This document shows positions 63,411 through 64,000 of a stretch of DNA of 64,000 bases, in pieces; position 1 is the first letter of the stretch; each line of letters opens with the position of its first letter. The stretch covers positions 1,767,086 through 1,831,085 of the forward strand of contig BFEA01000027.1 of NCBI GenBank assembly GCA_003427395.1, in the 5' to 3' direction. The stretch comes from Chara braunii (taxonomy: Eukaryota; Plantae; Charophyceae). The notes under the pieces were generated by a model. The model was not told where the DNA came from. It saw only the letters and a program-made list of their open reading frames with translations, and did no database searches. Both the position numbers and the translations under genes were made by a program.

Positions 63411-64000
63411 TCTTTCAAGGGAAAATATTTATTGAAATCTAAATGGGAAAAAATAATAAAATATAATAAAATTCTTGGTAGCAAAAAAAATGCATATTAT
63501 TTCCCATGTCGTGAACCTGTATGCACAAAACTTTTAGGTCCAGTGCTCCGGAGACAAGAATACGAATAGGTTTGTTAAACCACCAGTACCTACCGGTTGT
63601 CAAGACCCGACCCTAGAGCTACCGGTAGGCCTAACCTACAGCTACGGGGACGAGCCTCGAAGTACCGGTTGTCTCCTTTCTTTAGGAATTGTAGCATGAA
63701 TTACATATATAATTATAAACAATATGCATATAAATCTAATATGTCTATAATAGGAATTTAAGTGATATATTTAGAGTAATTTCATATTTTTTAGTTGTAT
63801 AAAAGTGCCTGTTTTTAGGATTGCGTCTTGGTTGCACGCAATCCTAAATCCAATTTTGAGATTGAAAATTTGAAAACAGCATTACGACGAGTCCTGAAGG
63901 ATTTAGGATTCCCCAGGCAAAATCGTCCTAAATTTTCCAGTAGCCCCCGACCTACTCAAAAATTTAGGATTCCCACGTTTCACGGACTCGTTGCGTCGTG

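Overview
Eukaryotic, very repeat-rich genomic DNA with three N-gaps. The style (huge TE-filled introns, chromovirus, plant-type U6) suggests a streptophyte alga such as Chara; this is inference. The host gene is a minus-strand ALG10-type glucosyltransferase, with four exons recognised between 35057 and 13719. Its introns and flanks hold a full-length decayed Ty3/gypsy chromovirus (24232-33580), a related solo LTR, an L1-like RT remnant carrying a tRNA-derived SINE, hAT, pogo-like, Harbinger-like and TTAA-flanked MITEs, six U6 snRNA-derived copies, and one Nextera adapter artefact. The most unusual signal is a family of non-autonomous poly(A)/TSD retroposons ending in a covarying tandem-pseudoknot tail (about 14 motif copies). 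One complete 3.6-kb member (3565-7152, minus, perfect 15-bp TSD, no RT) carries a decayed short ORF and an array of seven covarying SRP (7SL) Alu-domain-like folds. An eighth such fold lies at 59020-59074.
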